From contig NZ_OZ017288.1 of the NCBI RefSeq assembly GCF_963967315.1, forward strand, positions 210,001-242,000: 32,000 nt of DNA, read 5' to 3'. The notes below the pieces were generated by a model. It had not been told where the DNA came from, did no database searches, and saw only the letters and a program-made list of their open reading frames with translations. The DNA comes from Candidatus Minimicrobia sp. QA0096 (GTDB taxonomy: Bacteria; Patescibacteriota; Saccharimonadia; Saccharimonadales; Saccharimonadaceae). Of the stretch, positions 1 through 6,789 are shown piece by piece (position 1 is the stretch's first letter; every line of letters starts with the position of its first letter). Position numbers and translations under genes: made by a program.

Positions 1-75
1 TCGTCAATTGAACTTTAGTATCTGATAGTTTTTTTACAGTAGTCTTCATAAAGACTAATTATAACAGATATCAGA

Positions 76-1410
76 CTATATCTCAAACAGAGCGTCTTCA
101 TCGCCATCGTATCGACGATCTTTGACAATTGTCACGATTCGTTCAGCGCTAACCTTCTGCTCATCAGATTCCACCAAGTTTCGAACCGTGTATGTGCCGC
201 TAGCAATTTCATCCTCGCCCACGAACACCGCAAACGGAATTTGCTTTTTCAACGCCGCTTTTATCTGCTTGTCAATCTTTCTACCGGTGATATCCAGCTC
301 TGCTCGCACGCCTTCGCTGCGCAATTTTCGCGCCAAATCGTCCGCGCCAGCCATAGATTCTTTTGACACCGGAATTATATATACATCTGTTTTAGATGCC
401 AATTTAGGCAACAAATTGTGAACTTCCAGGAACTGTTGCATTGTCGTCGCACCCATGCCAACGCCGACCGTAGCAATCGGTTCAACGCCAAATAGCCCGA
501 CCAATCCGTCATATCGTCCTCCACCAAACAACGCTCGGTTATTCTCTGGCGAATTATCAAAAAGCTCAAAAACCATGCCCGTGTAATAGTCCAGTCCGCG
601 CATCAGAGTAACATCAAACACTGCATTCGTAATGCCTTTTTGGCTAAGCAATTTCATCACTTCGCGAAGCTGCTTGACGCTTTCATCTTCCATCAATTCG
701 CTCGGCAAATCATCAACAGATTTCATGCTGATCATCTTAGCCAACTTAGGCAGACCTTCAGCCGCTTGACTTCCAAAAATCTCAATCGCCTGACGCTTAA
801 ATTCTTCGGCAGTAATCTTATTTTTCCTATCAAGCAGCTTCATCATCATCGTCGAACCAACAATATCAAGCTTCAAAAATTGGCTCATCAAACGATTGAT
901 CAATTGGCGATTATTAACCCTGACCGTAAACATTTCCTGCTTGGCGCCAAAATTCATCACGCTAGCGTGGCTCAACTCAATAATCTCCGCGTCCGCCGCC
1001 GCGCCGTCCACGCCAAACAAATCCGCATTCAATTGCCAAAACTCACGCTCACGCCCACGTTGCGGCCGTTCATAGCGCATAAAATTAGCAATTGAATACA
1101 ACCGCGCAGGCATCGCCAATTCCTGACGCTTAGCCGCCACCATTCGAGAAATCGACGGCGTCATCTCAGGACGAATTGCCACCATTCGACCGCCACGATC
1201 TTCAAAAGCGTATGTTTGCTCGCCCGCCAATTCCTGACCCGACTTCGCCAGATAAATATCTAGCGGCTCCAGTAGCGGCGCGCCGTATTCTTCATAGCCA
1301 AAACTCTCAACCGTCTTGTGCCAAACATTAAAAATGTAATTCTGCAGACGCTTTTCCTCTGGAAAATAGTCTCGCGAACCTTTGTAACTTTGTGTAGATA
1401 AACTGCTCAT
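76..1410 (-). CDS. hisS: Histidine--tRNA ligase
   Basis: 444-aa ORF. The N-terminal region (GSRDYFPEE ... AIRPEMTPS) and overall class II HisRS layout with a C-terminal anticodon-binding domain are recognised by family resemblance. Confidence 0.92.
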   Translation of the reverse strand: MSSLSTQSYKGSRDYFPEEKRLQNYIFNVWHKTVESFGYEEYGAPLLEPLDIYLAKSGQELAGEQTYAFEDRGGRMVAIRPEMTPSISRMVAAKRQELAMPARLYSIANFMRYERPQRGREREFWQLNADLFGVDGAAADAEIIELSHASVMNFGAKQEMFTVRVNNRQLINRLMSQFLKLDIVGSTMMMKLLDRKNKITAEEFKRQAIEIFGSQAAEGLPKLAKMISMKSVDDLPSELMEDESVKQLREVMKLLSQKGITNAVFDVTLMRGLDYYTGMVFELFDNSPENNRALFGGGRYDGLVGLFGVEPIATVGVGMGATTMQQFLEVHNLLPKLASKTDVYIIPVSKESMAGADDLARKLRSEGVRAELDITGRKIDKQIKAALKKQIPFAVFVGEDEIASGTYTVRNLVESDEQKVSAERIVTIVKDRRYDGDEDALFEI

Positions 1411-1450
1411 GTTAGCTCCATTATGTCATTATTTCTTATTTATAGCAATC

Positions 1451-1475
1451 AAAAACGCCGAGGCAGAACTCGGCG
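1451..1475 (-). terminator. Rho-independent terminator downstream of the SpoU methyltransferase gene
   Basis: On the minus strand, CGCCGAG-ttctgc-CTCGGCG is followed by TTTTT, just 3' of the stop at 1550. Confidence 0.6.
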
Positions 1476-1549
1476 CGTACAATCAAAAATCAGAGTCCTA
1501 CCTCGGCAACACGTGTGAATGATGGAATTTAGGTAAAATCATGGTACTA

Positions 1550-2074
1550 TTATAGCACATTCTGTTGCAACCAACAATACATCGCCACAGTCGCTGCCGC
1601 ACCAACATTTATAGAGCGAGTCGAGCCGAATTGCTCAATCGCCACAATCTGATCCGCAGCACCGGCCAGCTCTGCAGAAATCCCAGGCCCTTCTTGCCCA
1701 AATACCAAAACCGCACACTTCGGTAACCTCGTCTGCGACATATTAACGCTGCCCGAAATATTATCAATAGCAATAATTTCCCTGCCTTCATTACGCATTT
1801 TTTCAACAAACTCTTCCGTCGTCGCCAAATATGTAATGTGAAGATATTTATCCGTCATCATCGCACCGCGCTTATTCCATTGCCTGCGCCCAATCACATA
1901 AATCTGCCGCACGCCAAACGCATTAGCGCTCCTGACAATTGTCCCCATATTAAAATCTCGCTCGGTATTTTCCAGCGCAATCACCAAACCGTGATCTTCA
2001 GAATCCAACTCATTTATAATTTCCGATTCGCTCCGACCCTTAAACTTATCAATGACATTTCTTTTATCTTCCAT
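1550..2074 (-). CDS. SpoU/TrmH-family RNA 2'-O-methyltransferase
   Basis: 174-aa ORF with SpoU motifs: IVRSANAFGV, VFGQEGPGIS and the knot region IEQFGSTRSINVGAAATVAMY. Confidence 0.85.
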   Translation of the reverse strand: MEDKRNVIDKFKGRSESEIINELDSEDHGLVIALENTERDFNMGTIVRSANAFGVRQIYVIGRRQWNKRGAMMTDKYLHITYLATTEEFVEKMRNEGREIIAIDNISGSVNMSQTRLPKCAVLVFGQEGPGISAELAGAADQIVAIEQFGSTRSINVGAAATVAMYCWLQQNVL

Positions 2075-2128
2075 CTCTGTTATTTTATCAAAGTTCCTAA
2101 GCGAATAACAAAAGTCGAGAGCCTTCTA

Positions 2129-2344
2129 TTGACTTAATCACCATAGAATGGTATAAGTAATATTGGTTTTCGTTAATGAGTTGAGATTACTCCTCATCCG
2201 AAAACGTTCATTGACAAGCAGCCAAAACACGAGATGAGGTTTTATTTCTTCTAAGAGCTTTAAAGAGATAAAATCTCGTCTTGTGCATAAAGAATGCACG
2301 TATATCACACTGAGGGCGAGAAAACACCAGAAAGGTAAAGGGTC
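2129..2344 (+). promoter_or_regulatory. Cassette A: extended -10 promoter plus a conserved structured 5' leader of about 180 nt (unknown RNA family)
   Basis: TTGACT (2129-2134), 17-nt spacer, then TGgTATAAG. The downstream leader aligns with copies at 2688-2902 and 11015-11225(-). Shared hairpins P1-P3 show compensatory changes (for example P3 GTGCAT/ATGCAC here). Confidence 0.7.
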
Positions 2345-2575
2345 GTGAATAAAAAGACCAATACGACGGCACTGGAGAATTTTCTTCGTCGAGCAACCGC
2401 GTCTGTCGAGGGGAAGAAATTAACCCTCGACTATATCCCGAAAGAAGGTCTGATATCACACACGATCGCCACTGATGTAGAAGTTAGGAAACTTCTCGTC
2501 CAGCTAAGCGAAGAAGCCACTGCGCTGGCGCAAGTAGCACAAAGTCTTCTGGACTACACAGAGACAGAAGATTAA
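2345..2575 (+). CDS. Small acidic hypothetical protein (cassette A cargo, 76 aa, GTG start)
   Basis: ORF lies directly behind the conserved leader with purine-rich AAAGGTAAAGGG upstream. The start sits at the same relative position as the cargo ORFs of cassettes B and C. No recognisable domain. Confidence 0.5.
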   Translation: MNKKTNTTALENFLRRATASVEGKKLTLDYIPKEGLISHTIATDVEVRKLLVQLSEEATALAQVAQSLLDYTETED

Positions 2576-2581
2576 CAACGC

Positions 2582-2637
2582 GGGATATATGATGAGTTGA
2601 TCCACATTCTTTTTTATGGCTGCTTGTCATATATCCC
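2582..2637 (+). other. Cassette A 3' closing hairpin containing the anti-leader segment
   Basis: Arms are GGGATATATGA (2582-2592) and TCATATATCCC (2627-2637). The descending side GGCTGCTTGTCA (2618-2629) is the exact reverse complement of leader segment TGACAAGCAGCC (2212-2223). Confidence 0.65.
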
Positions 2638-2652
2638 CTGAAATAATTTTAG

Positions 2653-2678
2653 AATAGTCTCATTTGAGGCTATTTTTA
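2653..2678 (+). terminator. Rho-independent terminator of cassette A
   Basis: AATAGTCTC-attt-GAGGCTATT (one G.U pair) followed by a T run, immediately before the cassette B promoter. Confidence 0.55.
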
Positions 2679-2687
2679 TATATTCTA

Positions 2688-2902
2688 TTGACTTTTTTAC
2701 ACAAGTGTGGTATATATAATATCAGCTTTCGTTGATGAGTTGAGTAATTCCTTGTCCGAAAGTGAACTTTGACAGGCAATCGAACACAAGATGAGTTTTT
2801 ATTTCTTTTTTAAAACCGCCATAAGAGAGATAAGATCTCATCTTGTATTGTAAAGAACAATACGTCGCAATCCTGCGGATGAGAAAACAGGAAGATAGCA
2901 CA
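2688..2902 (+). promoter_or_regulatory. Cassette B: extended -10 promoter plus the conserved structured 5' leader
   Basis: TTGACT (2688-2693), 17-nt spacer, then TGgTATATA. The leader has P1 GATGAG/CTTGTC, a P2 hairpin of about 25 bp (2786-2846), P3 ATTGT/ACAAT, P4 CGCA/TGCG, and a GGATGAGAAAA block before the SD AGGAAG. Confidence 0.75.
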
Positions 2903-3331
2903 ATGTTTATCGATGTCTCTGACGATCTTTCCGCTACGACGAAAGACCTGAGTTCGAAATGGCACACCGCCATGGAGATCATCTGCAAGGACGAGTATAT
3001 CCCCGTCCTTCAAGTAAGGCGATTCGTCCAAATGATTCGCGACACGTGTCAACGAGTACAAGACCTCCAGGTCTATGCGAACATGTGTCTCGCGCAATCT
3101 CCAGCCATCGTTGTGGGTGTCAACATCTACAACGATGCTGTACGCGTCGCTTCAGCCCTAGAGGAGCTGAAAATCTTCGTTGACAAGCACGTCGCCATGA
3201 CGTACGAAGATGACAAGCAGTTCAAGAATATCTTGAACGAGATCGATGATACTCTTCTGTGCTTGATGTACGCAGGAGAATCCATGCAAAGCCGCGACGA
3301 AGCTGTACTCAGTGATCCCTGGATTGACTGA
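2903..3331 (+). CDS. Hypothetical acidic protein (cassette B cargo, 142 aa)
   Basis: This is the in-frame ATG at 2903 of the tracked ORF 2843..3331. I chose it because AGGAAG lies 8 nt upstream and because 2843-2902 is conserved leader RNA. No recognisable domain. Confidence 0.6.
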   Translation: MFIDVSDDLSATTKDLSSKWHTAMEIICKDEYIPVLQVRRFVQMIRDTCQRVQDLQVYANMCLAQSPAIVVGVNIYNDAVRVASALEELKIFVDKHVAMTYEDDKQFKNILNEIDDTLLCLMYAGESMQSRDEAVLSDPWID

Positions 3332-3340
3332 CAGTATATA

Positions 3341-3388
3341 GTCTACATGACAGGTGATTGTTCTTTTACGATTGCCTGTCATGTAGAC
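3341..3388 (+). other. Cassette B 3' closing hairpin containing the anti-leader segment
   Basis: A perfect 14-bp stem, GTCTACATGACAGG (3341-3354) with CCTGTCATGTAGAC (3375-3388). CGATTGCCTGTCA (3369-3381) is the exact reverse complement of leader TGACAGGCAATCG (2770-2782). Confidence 0.7.
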
Positions 3389-3404
3389 TCTGAATTTACA
3401 ACAT

Positions 3405-3435
3405 TAAAAATCACCCTGAGCATGGGTGATTTTCT
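3405..3435. terminator. Bidirectional terminator between cassette B and tRNA-Leu(CAG)
   Basis: AAAAATCACCC-tgagcat-GGGTGATTTT, with A/T runs on both sides. A near-identical copy lies at 10420-10450. Confidence 0.7.
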
Positions 3436-3458
3436 TATGATGAAAAAATGTCAAATAT

Positions 3459-3545
3459 TGGTGCGGATGAAAGGACTTGAACCTTCACGTACTTGCGTAC
3501 ACTAGCACCTGAAGCTAGCGCGTCTACCAATTCCGCCACATCCGC
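3459..3545 (-). tRNA. tRNA-Leu (anticodon CAG), class II with long variable arm, encoded CCA
   Basis: Manual cloverleaf: acceptor GCGGATG/CATCCGC, anticodon stem CTAGC/GCTAG, loop TTCAGGT, T-loop TTCAAGT; 87 nt. Confidence 0.9.
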
Positions 3546-3587
3546 ATGTGGGCTACGCGTCAATTATAGCCCAATTCCCACCCAGTA

Positions 3588-5198
3588 TCAAGCTTGATTA
3601 CGAAGCTTACACCATGCGTTTAATTCCGCCGCCAGTTCCTTTGGTTGAGCCTCCGCTTTGATTCCTGGGTTAAAAATTCCAGCTGGATCAAAGATTTGCT
3701 TCACCTTTGCATATAATTGCTTTTCATCATCTGGCAGATTTTTATAGATAAAGTTAGCCTTCAATCTTCCGTCACCACCAAAGCCCGCAAAAGAACCTTC
3801 GTACTTATTAACAATCTGAGAAATTTCCACCAACAACTGAAGAACCTTCTGGCGTTCACTCACCTTTTTACTATCAAACGTCGGATGCAGAGAAATATAA
3901 TCGCTTGAAAAGTCAACGAAAACTGGCAAATCTACGCCATACTTAGATTCCAGTGACTTCAACTCGCTAAGGAAACTGTCAATCTTTTCTGGCGCCATTA
4001 AAATCCCAGAGAAAACGCGTGGCGTAATCATATGCGGCTCGCTTGGAGTTTCCGCCAAAGCCAAAACAGAATGCAAGCTGAACAAATCCTGCTCTTCCAA
4101 ATGTAGAGTTTTTATGTCAACCGCTTCTGATGATTCCAATTTTCTAGTCAATTTCTTCGCGGCTTTATTGCGCGCTCTGTCAGAAAAGTCGTCAAAGATA
4201 GCCAAGACCACCGCACCCTTAAAGCATTCTTTCGGCGCCCACTCAACCACTTTACCGACGACCGCAGCCTGACGGAAGAATCGCCCATCAATCAGTTCAA
4301 CGGAAGAAGCTTTGCTTTTCATCGCCAATTCCACGGCTGATTGCGCGTCTGACAACTTTTTATATGATGCGGCAACAACTGAATATTCTGGACGAATAAA
4401 TTGCGCCTTCATAATAACTTCGCAAATCACACCCAGACTTCCCTGACTACCAATAAACAGCGGCGTCAAATCGAACGACCCGTCTTTTTGCTTCACCCGA
4501 AAAATTCCGCTGTAGCCAACCGTATCTGGCAAAGCTGGATCCATTTGCGAAATCAGCTCGGTGTTATCTGAGATTAAATTGTCAATCTCTCGATAAATCT
4601 CGCCCTCAAACGTCGATAAGCCTTTTTTCTTACTCAATTCGCGTCGAGATATACGCCCAGTCTGAATCACGTCGCCATTACTTAAAACAATTTCAAGTTG
4701 CTGAATAGTGTCAGTAAAACGACCATGCGCGCCAGATAACATTCCAGACGGAGCTGTGTTAATTGCGCCACCAAGCGTACCATCTTCCGCTACGTATGAA
4801 GTTCGTGGCAAACCTAAGCCTTTATGAGTAGACAAAGTTGCGTTGATTGCTGAAAGAGAAATTCCCGCTTGAGCATGAATCAGTTGCTGGCGAGGATCAA
4901 TACCAACCACACGATTCATATACGTTTTTTCATCAATTGCAATGCCTTTATTCGTCGCTGCGCCAGTCTCATCGGTGCCATTACCCCTAACAAATACAGG
5001 TAAAACATGACCTTTCTCTGCCAATTGAGAACAAAATCGCATCACTTTCCTGATGTCGTTCATATTAGCCGCACGAACAATCATTTCTGGTCGGCGCGCC
5101 AAAAGTCCGTTATCAACTTCAACTTGACTCAATGCAAAATCCTGCGACGCAACTTCGCCGCTAAGATGCTCATTCAAATATTTCGCAACTTTATTCAT
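3588..5198 (-). CDS. FAD-binding oxidoreductase (GlcD / D-lactate dehydrogenase-like, FAD_binding_4 family)
   Basis: 536-aa ORF. The N-terminal FAD-binding region (VRGNGTDETGAA, GISLSAIN) and overall length and layout match FAD-linked oxidases. Substrate is unknown. Confidence 0.7.
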   Translation of the reverse strand: MNKVAKYLNEHLSGEVASQDFALSQVEVDNGLLARRPEMIVRAANMNDIRKVMRFCSQLAEKGHVLPVFVRGNGTDETGAATNKGIAIDEKTYMNRVVGIDPRQQLIHAQAGISLSAINATLSTHKGLGLPRTSYVAEDGTLGGAINTAPSGMLSGAHGRFTDTIQQLEIVLSNGDVIQTGRISRRELSKKKGLSTFEGEIYREIDNLISDNTELISQMDPALPDTVGYSGIFRVKQKDGSFDLTPLFIGSQGSLGVICEVIMKAQFIRPEYSVVAASYKKLSDAQSAVELAMKSKASSVELIDGRFFRQAAVVGKVVEWAPKECFKGAVVLAIFDDFSDRARNKAAKKLTRKLESSEAVDIKTLHLEEQDLFSLHSVLALAETPSEPHMITPRVFSGILMAPEKIDSFLSELKSLESKYGVDLPVFVDFSSDYISLHPTFDSKKVSERQKVLQLLVEISQIVNKYEGSFAGFGGDGRLKANFIYKNLPDDEKQLYAKVKQIFDPAGIFNPGIKAEAQPKELAAELNAWCKLRNQA

Positions 5199-5245
5199 TA
5201 ATCCTCCTTAGCATGTTACTTCAATTTTAACATAAGCGCGGACAG

Positions 5246-5274
5246 TTGATAAGTAGAATTTGTTTTGATATAAT
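5246..5274 (+). promoter_or_regulatory. Promoter of tRNA-Leu(UAG)
   Basis: TTGATA (5246-5251), 17-nt spacer, then TGaTATAAT (-10 at 5269-5274). The predicted start lies within about 2 nt of the mature tRNA 5' end at 5283. Confidence 0.6.
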
Positions 5275-5282
5275 CGGGTTAT

Positions 5283-5367
5283 GCGGATGTGGTGGAATTG
5301 GTAGACACGCATGCCTTAGGAGCATGTGCCTCACGGCGTGAAGGTTCAAGTCCTTTCATCCGCACCA
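5283..5367 (+). tRNA. tRNA-Leu (anticodon UAG), encoded CCA
   Basis: Manual cloverleaf: acceptor GCGGATG/CATCCGC, anticodon stem CATGC/GCATG, loop CTTAGGA, long variable arm; 85 nt. Confidence 0.9.
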
Positions 5368-5435
5368 TTTTAGAGTAAAAAACCCAATTGTCGCCCGAAT
5401 GGGCGATTTTTTTGAATTTTTACTCTAAAATGGTG
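5363..5435. repeat. 19-bp perfect inverted repeat that starts inside the tRNA-Leu 3' end and encloses a terminator
   Basis: CACCATTTTAGAGTAAAAA (5363-5381) pairs with TTTTTACTCTAAAATGGTG (5417-5435). The inner hairpin TCGCCC-gaat-GGGCGA plus a T7 run lies at 5391-5413. Confidence 0.8.
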
Positions 5436-5526
5436 AGATTTTACGCCCACGCTAGAACTTAGTTTAATACAAAGTCGCAAATCTGAGTAATCAGATTTGC
5501 TGGGTTTATTATATAATTTAAGTAGT

Positions 5527-6768
5527 ATGCATTATGGTCGATCAAAGAACTATCTATTTTACGCAATCGGATGGCACGAATGGTCAGAGAGTATTATTGT
5601 CGACGCTCGTCAAAAAGCCAGTAATATTGAAAAGAGTGTTTTTGAAGCAAACAGTCAGGAGCGAATAGTTGATCACATCGTGTCTGGCTATAACTTAGCC
5701 CCGCTGGTGCTGTTGGCGGACAACAAAACTCAGGACATAGTAGAGACCAAGGTAGATGTCACCGGCAACAATATGTATGTACAAGCATTTGACAATAGTC
5801 CAATCAGCGTGCCCGGCTATAAGGTCGTTATTACGATACCGTTCACTGGTTCCGCAGACCTATTCAAAGTCACTCCTACTAGAATACGAATGACGTATGA
5901 TGATGCCGTGATTACTGGCAACGAATTGACTTTTGCGTTGGAGTTTACTGAATCAAACACCACTGCGGAGCGGATAAAGGATGCATTAGACGGAAAGATA
6001 GCATCAATACAACAAAACATAGATTATATAAACAGCGACTTATCTGGGTTTGAAGAGCGTGTTAAAGGCGTGGTAACCGAAGCAGTCGCCAAACGTTTTG
6101 AGCAGATAAACAAACTCGACTCGATAAAGACTGCGCTGAATATACCACTTGAAAAATCAAACAATCCTAGCCCATTAAGTCAAGTTAGGATTTCAGTGCA
6201 AAAGCTGACTCCACTCTCAACCAAAAAAGATGAACCTGGTGGAACAATATCAAGCAAAGATTACGAAACGATACTTGAAACCATACGAAGCATGGGTGCA
6301 TCTATGGAAACCAACCGAGCGTCAGAATCAAAGGACGAAGAAGCGCTCCGGGATATGTTGCTGGTCGGCTTGTCTGCGAGCATAAAGAGTGGCGCGGTCG
6401 GCGGCGAGCTATTCCACAAGAGCGGCAAAACAGACATCTCAATACCCTTCAACAATAAAGCGACTTTTGTTGCTGAATGTAAGCTATGGAAAGGTCAGAA
6501 ATATATAGACAGAGGCATAGACCAGCTTTTGGGTTATTTGACTTGGCGCGACGCCAAAACCGCACTCGTTATATTCAATAAAGACAACGCTAACTTCTCT
6601 GATATACAAAGTAAAGTCGAACTCATATTTACTGAACGAAGCGACTACGTGCGCACAATCAAGCAGCGCGATGGTGAGTGGCGCTTTGTTATGACCAAAC
6701 CTGACGATAACGGCCGACAAGTTGAAGTTCACGTCATGCTGTTTGATGTATATGAGACAAAGTCATGA
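5527..6768 (+). CDS. Hypothetical protein with a C-terminal PD-(D/E)xK nuclease-like domain (island 1)
   Basis: The tracked ORF starts at TTG 5497; the ATG at 5527 follows a TATAAT at 5512-5517. The C-terminus reads EEALRDMLLVGL...GKTDISIP...FVAECKLWKG...IDQLLGYL, which fits the D...E-x-K pattern of PDDEXK-type nucleases. The N-terminal 280 aa are unrecognised. Confidence 0.6.
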   Translation: MHYGRSKNYLFYAIGWHEWSESIIVDARQKASNIEKSVFEANSQERIVDHIVSGYNLAPLVLLADNKTQDIVETKVDVTGNNMYVQAFDNSPISVPGYKVVITIPFTGSADLFKVTPTRIRMTYDDAVITGNELTFALEFTESNTTAERIKDALDGKIASIQQNIDYINSDLSGFEERVKGVVTEAVAKRFEQINKLDSIKTALNIPLEKSNNPSPLSQVRISVQKLTPLSTKKDEPGGTISSKDYETILETIRSMGASMETNRASESKDEEALRDMLLVGLSASIKSGAVGGELFHKSGKTDISIPFNNKATFVAECKLWKGQKYIDRGIDQLLGYLTWRDAKTALVIFNKDNANFSDIQSKVELIFTERSDYVRTIKQRDGEWRFVMTKPDDNGRQVEVHVMLFDVYETKS

Positions 6769-6789
6769 TGCGCCACGGAGGATGTACAG

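Noticed and set aside
640-1095. 151-aa ORF on the plus strand, with neighbours 122..421(+) and 375..569(-), inside hisS
   Set aside because: It lies entirely antisense to, or out of frame within, a confidently identified hisS gene. Composition is low-complexity and His/Leu/Arg-rich, typical of shadow ORFs, and there is no RBS.
2160-2345. The conserved leader could be a T-box or a known riboswitch.
   Set aside because: There is no T-box sequence, specifier-loop architecture or other consensus I recognise. This rejection rests on memory only, so a cmscan is still needed.
2843-2902. Upstream start at 2843 for the cassette B ORF, as given in the ORF track
   Set aside because: The first 60 nt overlap conserved leader hairpins P3 and P4 and have no RBS. 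The ATG at 2903 has AGGAAG upstream and aligns with the cargo start in cassette C.
2722-2988. Antisense ORFs across the conserved leaders give similar peptides: ...HLVFDCLSKFTFGQGITQLINES here and ...HLVFDCLSKFTFGQGFTQLVNES in 10995..11267(+). This could mean the conserved module is a protein gene on the opposite strand.
   Set aside because: The third copy (2208..2459(-)) does not preserve the frame or the peptide (...SSRVLAACQ then a stop). Differences between copies are compensatory in stems, and many stem pairs are G.U only on the sense strand. Promoter elements face the cargo ORFs. The peptide similarity between B and C simply reflects near-identical nucleotides.
2582-3388. The cassette 3' hairpins could be integron attC sites, making the three ORFs integron cassettes.
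   Set aside because: No IntI-type integrase or attI site is present. Each cassette has its own promoter and leader, whereas integron cassettes are usually promoterless. I do not find the R'' RYYYAAC / R' GTTRRRY cores. One cassette is on the other strand 7 kb away.
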